From Meiothermus sp. (GTDB lineage Bacteria; Deinococcota; Deinococci; Deinococcales; Thermaceae), in contig JANRLD010000008.1 of NCBI GenBank assembly GCA_033762915.1, forward strand, positions 1 to 45,148: a DNA stretch of 45,148 nt, in the 5' to 3' direction. Positions 29,539 to 37,649 of this stretch are shown piece by piece. The position numbers and the translations under genes are program-made. Numbering within the stretch: position 1 is the stretch's first letter; every line of letters begins with the position of its first letter. The notes beneath the pieces were generated by a model. It saw only the letters and a list, made by a program, of their open reading frames with translations. It ran no database searches and had not been told where the DNA came from.

Positions 29539-30024
29539 TTAACTCGAGCTTCCCGGAGGGTACAAGACGATGGGGTTCCACTCTCGAGCCTTGGCCAAGA
29601 TTTGCTCGGGGGTTAGTTCTTCCTCGCTGTGATAGATCAAGTCCGAGACCTTCTTCGAGGGGATGTTGATTTCCAAAAAGGTTAGCCAATAGTCCAGCTC
29701 TGCCTCGGTTCTTGCCTCTACATGGAGTCCGCCAATGATTTCGAGAAGCTCTTCATCGGTCACATCGGGAACTTTCGGAACGTGACGCAGCGACATTTCG
29801 GCGTAAGCTTCAACTTCTGTCCAAGTCCGAATACGACAGAAATGCTCTGTACCCTCGACAGAAAGATCACTCGAGGTGAGCCAGTTGTACTCGGCCACGA
29901 GTTCCTCGAGACCTTCGTGCTTCTTCTCCTCGTGCTTTGAGGCAATTAGCCCGATGAGGTATACCGCCCGCTCGAGGTCGGCGGGGTCAACGGGTTTGGG
30001 CAACAGATGGGGCCGGACATTCAT
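29539..30024 (-). CDS. Protein with a C-terminal colicin/pyocin DNase-immunity-like domain
   Basis: TDEELLEII...LDYWLTFLEINIPSKKVSDLIYH...LTPEQIL resembles Im-type SDLIYY proteins; visibly AT-richer codons. Confidence 0.6.
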   Translation of the reverse strand: MNVRPHLLPKPVDPADLERAVYLIGLIASKHEEKKHEGLEELVAEYNWLTSSDLSVEGTEHFCRIRTWTEVEAYAEMSLRHVPKVPDVTDEELLEIIGGLHVEARTEAELDYWLTFLEINIPSKKVSDLIYHSEEELTPEQILAKAREWNPIVLYPPGSSS

Positions 30025-30054
30025 GGCTTGCCGAGCGCGGTAGCTACAACCACA

Positions 30055-30864
30055 TCACCTAACAACCGTCCCAGCCCCCTCGAGCGCCGCCGTAATCGGG
30101 TTCTCGGGCCGGGCGTCACCGAAAATCACCCGGCCCACGCCGCCCTGCACGGCCTCGACCGCGCCGAGCACCTTCTTCTTCATCCGGCCCTGGGCCACCG
30201 CCATGTACTGCGGGTCGTTGACCTTCGCGGCGGGGATCTCGCGGATCAGGCTGGACTCGTCGGGGAAGTTGGCCAGCAGGCCGGGGATGTTGGAGAGCAG
30301 CAGCAGGGCTTCGGCCTTGAGGGCGGTGGCCAGCATCGAAGCGGCGGTGTCGCCGTCGGTGTTGATGGCGTGGCCCTCGTGGCTCACGGCGGGCGGGGTG
30401 AGGACCGGGAGGTAGCCCGCGTCCATCAGCATCGTCAGCAGGCCCGTATTCACCTTCTCCACCGAGCCAGTGAAGTCGCCGCGGTGGATCTTGATCTTGC
30501 CATTCTCCACGTACTTCACCGCGTCCTTGCGCTTGCCCTCGAAAACGCGCCCGTCCAGGCCCGAGAGCCCCACCGCGTTGACCCCCTCGAGCTGCAACAA
30601 CTCCACGATCCGCTTGTTGACCAGGCCGCAGTAGACCATCTCGAAGATCTCGAGGGTTCGCCGATCCGTAATCCGGCTGGTCATGCCGCCGGGGTGGGTA
30701 AGGAACTGCGCCGGGTGGCCCAGCGCCTCGGCCAGTTTGTTGGTCTCGGCAGAGCCGCCGTGGACCAGGATGAGCCTTTGGCCCGCCTTCCAGAGCGCAG
30801 CGGCGTCTTTGGCCACTGCCGCGTAGTTGATGCCTTCCGAACCCCCCACCTTAACGACAATCAC
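30055..30864 (-). CDS. lysZ: [LysW]-aminoadipate kinase (amino acid kinase family)
   Basis: IVVKVGGSEG, VHGGSAETN, SRITD, INTDGD, GRMKKKV. GTG start at 30864 with TAGACT 7 nt upstream. Confidence 0.9.
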   Translation of the reverse strand: MIVVKVGGSEGINYAAVAKDAAALWKAGQRLILVHGGSAETNKLAEALGHPAQFLTHPGGMTSRITDRRTLEIFEMVYCGLVNKRIVELLQLEGVNAVGLSGLDGRVFEGKRKDAVKYVENGKIKIHRGDFTGSVEKVNTGLLTMLMDAGYLPVLTPPAVSHEGHAINTDGDTAASMLATALKAEALLLLSNIPGLLANFPDESSLIREIPAAKVNDPQYMAVAQGRMKKKVLGAVEAVQGGVGRVIFGDARPENPITAALEGAGTVVR

Positions 30865-30999
30865 GCCCAAGAGTCTACCAAATGCCCGGTTGCGCGGGCG
30901 GTGCGGTTGAGGGAAGATACTCGCCGGTAGGTCCTCGAGGTTTACTATGCGCCATACACCCGTTTTATCGGCCCCCAACCCCGTTCGGGGAGGCCGGAT

Positions 31000-32082
31000 A
31001 TGAACCCCGAGCCCCTGCGCCACTTGATCGCCCGCCAAATCGCGTCGGGCGGCTTCGAGGGGGCCGCGGTGGTGGCCTCGAGGGAGGGCCAGACCGTGCT
31101 CGAGCACTACGCCGGGAGCGCCGGGCCGGGGCTGCCGGCCGGCCCCGAAGTGCTGTGGCCGCTGGCCTCGATCTCCAAGATGTACGCGGTGAGCGCCATC
31201 ATGGCCCTGGTCGAGGAGGGCCGGCTGACCCTCAACCAGCGGGTCTGCGAGGTGATTCCAGAGTTCACCGGCGGCGGGCGTGAGGAGGTGCGGCTGCGCC
31301 ACCTGCTCACCCACACCTCGGGCCTGATCTACGAGTCGCCCGAGATGGAGGCCCGGCTGGCCGCCCAGACGCCGCTCGAGGGGCTGATCCGCGAGGCTTT
31401 CACCGCCCCGCTGCTGTTCCGGCCCGGCAGCCGGGTGGTCTACGCCGACTACAACACCCTGATTGCCGGGGAGGTGGCCTCGAGGCTGACCGGGAGGCCG
31501 CTAGAGGATCTGGTCGGAACGCTGGTCTTGGAACCGATGGGCCTCCACGACACCTTCTTCCCCACCCCCGCCGAGCAGGACCACCGCACCGCCACCGTGC
31601 GCGGCCCCCTGGCCGAGGACACCGCGGGGGCCATGTACAACTCCCGCTATGCGCGGGGGCTGGCCCACCCGGCCTTCGCGGTGAGCGCGACTGCTCGAGA
31701 CCTGCACCGCTTCGCCCTGCACTTTGCGCCGGGCGGCCCCCGAGTCCTCTCCGAGCGCACCGTGCAGGCCATGCGGCGCAGCCAGACGGGCATCGTGCCC
31801 GGCGAACACCCCGACGCCAGGGGCTACTTCGAGAGCAGCCCGATGCCCTGGGGGCTGGGCTGGGCCCTGCAGACCGAGTGGACGCCCACCCTGATCTGCG
31901 ACCTCAGCAGCCAGTCTACCTTCGGCCACGGCGGGGCCAGCGGCTGTTTCGTGATGGTCGACCCCGAGAACGCCGTCGTAATCGCCCTGGTCAGCAACGC
32001 CCACCTGCGGCTGGGCCTCGAGGCGTGGTTCAACCGCCAGAAGACCCTGCTCAACCTGGCGTATAGGCTGGCCAGCGGGTAG
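31000..32082 (+). CDS. Serine hydrolase, beta-lactamase/class C-like family
   Basis: ASISK (SxxK), LLTHTSG, catalytic Tyr region YADY, FGHGGASG; GGAGG RBS. Confidence 0.88.
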   Translation: MNPEPLRHLIARQIASGGFEGAAVVASREGQTVLEHYAGSAGPGLPAGPEVLWPLASISKMYAVSAIMALVEEGRLTLNQRVCEVIPEFTGGGREEVRLRHLLTHTSGLIYESPEMEARLAAQTPLEGLIREAFTAPLLFRPGSRVVYADYNTLIAGEVASRLTGRPLEDLVGTLVLEPMGLHDTFFPTPAEQDHRTATVRGPLAEDTAGAMYNSRYARGLAHPAFAVSATARDLHRFALHFAPGGPRVLSERTVQAMRRSQTGIVPGEHPDARGYFESSPMPWGLGWALQTEWTPTLICDLSSQSTFGHGGASGCFVMVDPENAVVIALVSNAHLRLGLEAWFNRQKTLLNLAYRLASG

Positions 32083-32332
32083 GGGCGGATACCAGAGGGT
32101 CAAAGCCAATCCCCATCCCCCCTCGAGTGCTGTCGCCTGTAAATTGCGCGTCGCGGAGCGCAAGCTGATTGGCCCAAAGGGGGCTTTTGCATCGCTCAGC
32201 AGATCGGTTTTCGGGGAACTCGAGAGTCCCCCTTTCAACCCATCGGTTTGTGGGTAAGTTGCGCCAGGGTGGAAGCGCGGAATCGGCGGGTATGGTCAAT
32301 ACGTACCTGGCTTCCCGGCGGGAGTTGGCGGC

Positions 32333-33562
32333 TCAGTCGGGCCACTCCCCGATGTCCTCGCGCTCGACGTGGTAGCCCGCGCCCTGCAGGTCGGCGATGA
32401 CGGCGGCTCCGTGGGCGCTGTCGCGCACCTCGAGCACCAGCTCCACCCCCACCTTGCCCAGCGGGGCCAGCCACAAGGCGCGGCGGTGGAAGATGTCGAC
32501 GATGTTGGCCCCGGCGGCGGCCACCCTCGAGACCACCCGGGCCAGCGCGCCGGGGCGGTCGATGACCGAGAGTTTTAGGAGGAGGTAGCGGCCTTGCCGC
32601 ACCATCACCTGCTCGATGACCCTCGAGAGCAGATTTCCGTCGATGTTGCCGCCGCACAGCACCGTGGCCACGGTCTCGCCCGCCCGCACCCCCACCTTGC
32701 CCGCCAGGAGGGCTCCGATCCCGGCCGCGCCCGCGCCCTCCACCACCAGCTTGAGGTTCTGGGCGCAGTGGGCGATGCCGCGGGCGATCTCGTCGTCGGA
32801 GACCTCCACCACTTCGTTCACCCGGTCGCGGATGATCGGCAGGGTGAGGTCGCCGGGGCGCTTAACCGCGATGCCATCGGCGATGGTTTGGGCAGCGGCG
32901 ACGCTGACCGGCGCGCCAGCCTGCAGCGAGAGGTTCACCGGCGCACAGCCTGTGGCCTGGACGCCCACGATTCGGGTCTTGGGGCTCAGGGCCTTGACCA
33001 CCGTAGCGATCCCGCCGATCAGCCCGCCACCCCCGATGGGCACCACCAGCAGGTCGAGGTCAGAGACAGCCTCGAGCAGCTCGAGGCCGATGGTTCCCTG
33101 CCCCGCGATGATTTTGAGGTCGTTGAAGGCGTGGACGTAGGTGTAGCCGTGGGCCTCTTGCAACTCGTGGGCTTTCGCCACCGCGTCGTCGAAACTGGCC
33201 CCGTGCAGCACCACCTCGGCCCCGTAGCCTCGGGTCGCCACCACTTTGGTGAGGGGCGCGTACTCCGGCATCACAATCACCGAGCGGATGCCGTACAAGG
33301 ACGCGGCCAGCGCCACCCCCTGCGCGTGATTGCCCGCCGAGGGGGCCACCACCCCCCTGGCCTTCTCTTCCTGGCTCAGCGAGGCGATTTTGTTAAGCGC
33401 CCCGCGAATCTTGAAGGAGTTGGCCTTTTGTAGACACTCGGCCTTGACGTAGAGCTGCACCCCCAGCTCTCTGGAGGCAGCCTCGTCGAGCAGGGTGGGG
33501 GTAGCGGTGATGGTGGGGGCGATGAGGGCGCGGGCGGCCCGGACATCCTCGAGGGTAAGCAC
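32333..33562 (-). CDS. ilvA: Threonine ammonia-lyase with a C-terminal ACT domain
   Basis: SFKIRGA (PLP Lys), SAGNHAQG, PIGGGGL, DRPG ACT motif. Confidence 0.92.
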   Translation of the reverse strand: MLTLEDVRAARALIAPTITATPTLLDEAASRELGVQLYVKAECLQKANSFKIRGALNKIASLSQEEKARGVVAPSAGNHAQGVALAASLYGIRSVIVMPEYAPLTKVVATRGYGAEVVLHGASFDDAVAKAHELQEAHGYTYVHAFNDLKIIAGQGTIGLELLEAVSDLDLLVVPIGGGGLIGGIATVVKALSPKTRIVGVQATGCAPVNLSLQAGAPVSVAAAQTIADGIAVKRPGDLTLPIIRDRVNEVVEVSDDEIARGIAHCAQNLKLVVEGAGAAGIGALLAGKVGVRAGETVATVLCGGNIDGNLLSRVIEQVMVRQGRYLLLKLSVIDRPGALARVVSRVAAAGANIVDIFHRRALWLAPLGKVGVELVLEVRDSAHGAAVIADLQGAGYHVEREDIGEWPD

Positions 33563-33619
33563 CCAATCAGTTTACGGGGCTTGTGCCGCAAAGGCACCCC
33601 GGCCCTCGCCCATCCCTGC

Positions 33620-34273
33620 TCAGCGGGTGGCCCAGAGCATCCCGCGCCGGACGATCTCGCGGGCCTCGAGCACGTCAAAGTCGGCCTGGACATGCCCCAG
33701 CGAACAGTAGAACACCCGCCCGCGGCCCCAGCGCCGCTTCCACACCACCGGCATCACCGTGCCCTCGATCCAGTCGTTGTACTCACCAGAAAAGGTGGTG
33801 GTCGCCAGCACCTCGTTGGAGGGGTCTACGTGCATGTAGTACTGCTCCGACCTGATGGCGAAGTCGGACAGGCCCGACATGATGGGGTCTTGTGGCTGGG
33901 TGATGTTCACCGTGTAGGGGATGATGTTGCCGGGGTGCGCCACCCACTGCCCGCCCACCATGAACTGGTACTGGGTATTGTTGCGAAAGGCGTCGGCCAT
34001 CCCCCCGTGCCAGCCCGCGAAGCCGGTGCCCGCTTTGATGGTCTCCAGGAGCCCCTTCTCTTGTTCGGGAGTAATGCTGCTCATGGTGTAGACCTGCACG
34101 ATCAGGTCCTGGGCCTGCATGAAATCGGCCTCGAGGTAGGTGTCGAGGCTATCCGAGATAGAGACTTGATAGCCCTCCGCCTCGAGGATCGGTGCGAAGA
34201 GGTCCACGCACTGCTTGGGCTGGTGCCCGTCCCAACCGCCCCAAACGAACAATGCCCGCTTTGCATTCGACAT
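33620..34273 (-). CDS. ThuA-like (class I glutamine amidotransferase-like) protein
   Basis: [40 protein letters not shown]. Confidence 0.85.
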   Translation of the reverse strand: MSNAKRALFVWGGWDGHQPKQCVDLFAPILEAEGYQVSISDSLDTYLEADFMQAQDLIVQVYTMSSITPEQEKGLLETIKAGTGFAGWHGGMADAFRNNTQYQFMVGGQWVAHPGNIIPYTVNITQPQDPIMSGLSDFAIRSEQYYMHVDPSNEVLATTTFSGEYNDWIEGTVMPVVWKRRWGRGRVFYCSLGHVQADFDVLEAREIVRRGMLWATR

Positions 34274-34605
34274 GCCGCCTACACTACCGAAAACAGGGCT
34301 CGAGGGTCAAAGGCGACCCTCCAAGTCGAGCACTCCGGCCTTCCGGGCTTCGACCTGCCCGTCCCCATGGCAGTGGCGGTGGCCCTGGATGCCTCGGTAG
34401 CCGCCAAGACCCCGCAGCTTTTCGTAAGCGTTGAGTGTGGCGACGGCCACGCCAGGGGCCAGACATCTTCTACCGGGGCAAGTTGGGACGAACCCCCGAC
34501 ACCACAGCAGTGCCGGAAGCCTCGAGGAGCCACTTTGCGCAACTTCTCTTCGACTCGCTCACCCCTCCTTCAGCTGGAGTCGTAGCAGGCGACACGCCTC
34601 ACTGA

Positions 34606-34638
34606 TTGAAGGCCGAGGAGCAACCCCTCGGCCTTCAA
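34606..34638. terminator. Hairpin downstream of the FN3-dehydrogenase gene
   Basis: TTGAAGGCCGAGG-N7-CCTCGGCCTTCAA. Confidence 0.55.
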
Positions 34639-34648
34639 CTTTCATCGG

Positions 34649-34690
34649 ATGACGTATGACCTATGACCTATGACCTATGACGTATGGCGA
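34649..34690. repeat. Tandem heptamer ATGAC(C/G)T x5 plus one degenerate unit
   Basis: ATGACGT ATGACCT ATGACCT ATGACCT ATGACGT ATGGCGA, read directly. Confidence 0.85.
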
Positions 34691-34693
34691 TAT

Positions 34694-37066
34694 TTACTGC
34701 GGCACCACCCTAAAGATCCGCCCGGAGTCGCTCGAGATGTACAAGAAACCGTCCGGCCCCACCGCAATATCGCGCAGACGCTCGTTGGGGTTGTCAATCA
34801 GGATTTCTTGCTGAGCGATGGCCTCACCGTTGAGCACCAGGCGGTAGAGCCTTCCGGTCATCAAGCTGACGAATAACAGGTTGTCGCGCCACTGGGGAAA
34901 CACCTCGGAGTCGCCGGGGTAGAAGACCATATCGCTGATGGCGATGGCGCGGTCGGGGTTGTACTCGCGTACGGCGGGCTGGTAGTTCTGGGCGGTGAGG
35001 TTGGCGGTGGTGTTGCAGGGGTGGTAGAGCGTGGAACCCCACTCGGGCGAGGTCATGGCCTGGCCGAAGCGCTGCTCACCGATGCAGTCGGGCCAGTCGT
35101 AGTTTCGGCCAGGTCGGATGATGTTCAGCTCGTCGCGGGTGTAGGGGCCGTGCTCGGTAGACCATAGAAGCCCCGTCCCCGGCTGGAAGGCCAGGCCCTG
35201 GGGGTTGCGGTGGCCCATGCTCCAGACCGGGCTGTTGGTAGCGGGGTTGCGATCCCAGTCGGGGTTGTCGGCGGGAACGGTGCCGTCGAGGTTGATGCGC
35301 AGAATCTTGCCGGAGAGGGTCGAGGGGTTCTGCGAGCCCGAGGTGTTGTTGGCGTCACCGGTGGAGATGTACAGCTTGCCGTCCTTGTGGATCACCCGGC
35401 AACCCTTGTGGATGTTGGTGCCGTTGATACCCTCGAGCATCACTTGCTCGTTAATCAAGCTGGTGCCGGTGACGGAAAGCTCGACCCGGCTCACCCGCAC
35501 GAAGCGGTTTTCCTCGGTCTGAACGCCATTGCGCCAGTAGGAATAGCAGATGTAGGCCCGACGGTTGGTGGCGAAATCGGGGTCGAGTTCCATGCCCAGC
35601 GAGCCGCCCTCGTTGTAGCCGGCCGTACCGACCCGAACCTGGATGCTGCTGGTAAAGCTGGTGATCTGGCGGGTGGCCAGGTCGAGGCTTTGCACGCGCA
35701 AGGTGGGGTGATTGCGGGTGGTAAAGAGCAGCCTGCCGTCGGGGGCAAAGTTCAGGCTCCAAGGGATGTCGCCCGCGCTCTGCACGATGGTCTCGGTGCG
35801 GAAGCGGGCCGGGCCAGGCGGCGGCGGGGTGGGAGCGCTGCGGGTGGTCAGGGTGTGGGTGGCCCAGGCTCCGGGGCCGGCGGCGTTCCGCGCCCGCAGG
35901 CGGTAGGTGTAGGTGGTGGCGGGGCGCAGGTTGGTGTCGGGATAGCGGGTCATCGTGGCCGAGGGCAGGGTGACGTTGGTCCACTCGGTGGGGCTGTCGC
36001 CCAGGCCGCGCTCGAGGTTGAAGCTCTGGGCCTCGGGCATGGCGTCCCAGCTCAGCTCGGCGGAGGTGGCAGTGAGGTTGGCGCTCCGGAGGTTGGCGGG
36101 GGGGGCGGGCGGCTGTAGGGGCGGGGCGGGGGTGGTCAGGTTCACCTCGGCCCCCTCGCCGTAACCAACCTCGTTGCCGGCCCTGACCCGGAAGGTGTAG
36201 GCGGTGCTGGCGCTCAGGCCCTCTACCGTGTAGGGCGGGGCGGGCTGGTCGGCGATCTTGGTGAAAGGCCCCTCGCCGCTGCGGCGCTCGACGGTGTAAT
36301 GGGTCGCGCCGGGGCTGGCCTCCCAGCTCAGGCGGGCCTGGCTGCTCGAGAGCACCTCGGCGCTGAGGCCCTGCGGGGCGGGCGGCGCTTGGGGCGGCGC
36401 TTGAGGCGCCTCGGGGGTGGCGGCGCTGGCCTCGGCCCAGCCGCTCTCGCCGAATTCGTTGGCGGCCTTGACCCGGAAGGCGTAGCGGGTGCCGGGGGTG
36501 AGGTCTTCGACGGTGAGCTGGGTGTTGCTCACCTCAGTGACCTGGGTAAAGCCGAGGCCCGGGTTCTGCCGCTCGACCACATAGCGGCCGGCCCCTGGGC
36601 TGGCCTCCCAACGCAGCGCGATCTGGCGGCTCGAGAGGGGCTCGGCGGACAGGTTCTGCGGGGCGGCCGGGGCCTCGATAGGCACCCTGGGGGTGCGCAC
36701 GCTGACCTCGCTGCCCTCGCTGAAGCCGCTGTTGTTGCCCGCCCTGACCCGGAAGATGTAGGTGGTGTCGGGGGCCAGTTCCTCCAGGGTCAGCTCGGTG
36801 GCCTCGATTTCGCGGGGGGGGCTGTAGACGCTGTCGGCCCCCAGTTGCTCCACCGCGTAGCGGGTGGCCCGCTCCGAGGCATCCCAGCGCAGCCGGATCT
36901 GGCGGCTCGAGAGGGCCTGGGCGCTGAGGTTTTGCGGGGACGAGGGCAGCAGCACCTGGTTGGGCTGGGGGTTCACGGGGCCGAAACCCGGAAGCGGCTC
37001 GACAAGGTTACAGGCGGCCAGAAGGATCGCGGGGAGGACAAAAAGCCGGGCAGAACTGCGAAACAT
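34694..37066 (-). CDS. Lipoprotein with four fibronectin type III domains and a PQQ-dependent glucose/sorbosone dehydrogenase (GSDH) domain
   Basis: LAAC lipobox; four PxxPxxL...W...Y.FRV.A.N-type repeats; GHRNPQGLAF, WSTEHGP, DELN, RLRDI. Confidence 0.88.
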   Translation of the reverse strand: MFRSSARLFVLPAILLAACNLVEPLPGFGPVNPQPNQVLLPSSPQNLSAQALSSRQIRLRWDASERATRYAVEQLGADSVYSPPREIEATELTLEELAPDTTYIFRVRAGNNSGFSEGSEVSVRTPRVPIEAPAAPQNLSAEPLSSRQIALRWEASPGAGRYVVERQNPGLGFTQVTEVSNTQLTVEDLTPGTRYAFRVKAANEFGESGWAEASAATPEAPQAPPQAPPAPQGLSAEVLSSSQARLSWEASPGATHYTVERRSGEGPFTKIADQPAPPYTVEGLSASTAYTFRVRAGNEVGYGEGAEVNLTTPAPPLQPPAPPANLRSANLTATSAELSWDAMPEAQSFNLERGLGDSPTEWTNVTLPSATMTRYPDTNLRPATTYTYRLRARNAAGPGAWATHTLTTRSAPTPPPPGPARFRTETIVQSAGDIPWSLNFAPDGRLLFTTRNHPTLRVQSLDLATRQITSFTSSIQVRVGTAGYNEGGSLGMELDPDFATNRRAYICYSYWRNGVQTEENRFVRVSRVELSVTGTSLINEQVMLEGINGTNIHKGCRVIHKDGKLYISTGDANNTSGSQNPSTLSGKILRINLDGTVPADNPDWDRNPATNSPVWSMGHRNPQGLAFQPGTGLLWSTEHGPYTRDELNIIRPGRNYDWPDCIGEQRFGQAMTSPEWGSTLYHPCNTTANLTAQNYQPAVREYNPDRAIAISDMVFYPGDSEVFPQWRDNLLFVSLMTGRLYRLVLNGEAIAQQEILIDNPNERLRDIAVGPDGFLYISSDSGRIFRVVPQ

Positions 37067-37649
37067 GGATTCTCCAGGGATAGTTAGGGTGGGGGTTCGA
37101 AGGGCGGCGCGGACAGCGTTACTACGAATGTAGGGCCGTTACATAGCGGCGCCTGTGCGATGCAAACAAAAGCCCGGTTCGGCGAATTAATCTAAATTTC
37201 CCTTAGCAGGGGCCAATTCTCGGCCATAGGGCAGGTATAAGTTAGAGAAGTATGTGTGTTACACGTAACGCTCGTAACGAACAAAATGTGAATAGTTCAC
37301 GTTTTACGAAATCCATGGCATCCACAGATTTATCGTTGGTGTCGCAATTTATCTTCGATTTCGCTTCAAAGGTGTCGGTGGGGCCCAGCATAGGCATTCA
37401 TCAGCGTTACGTGGATCGGTGCCAGCGGACCGTCTGACCCCGCCCAAGAGCTGCCCGACCGTAACAGCGGCCTCGAGGGAAACGCCCAAAACCCTCCCCT
37501 GAGCCTGGGGCCTTGTTACTCAACTCATGAAGTCATGGGCCGGTCGGGAAGCCGGAGAATGTGCCCGCCGGCAGGGGTTTCATTCGCGCCAGGACTTTGC
37601 TTGTCTCCAGACACTATTCCGGGCACTTTTCGGCGTAAAATGGTGAACC

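Noticed and set aside
30865..31314. 150-codon N-terminal extension of lysZ in the ORF track
   Set aside because: It overlaps the divergent serine hydrolase; homology starts at IVVKVGG, with a -10 box 7 nt upstream of GTG 30864.
31000..32082. Possible beta-lactam resistance gene
   Set aside because: No signal peptide and HGG instead of KTG; more likely a cytoplasmic esterase or amidase of the same fold.
34279..34600. Short ORFs or an ncRNA in the ThuA to FN3-dehydrogenase spacer
   Set aside because: No coding bias, protein motif or recognisable RNA family; left unassigned.
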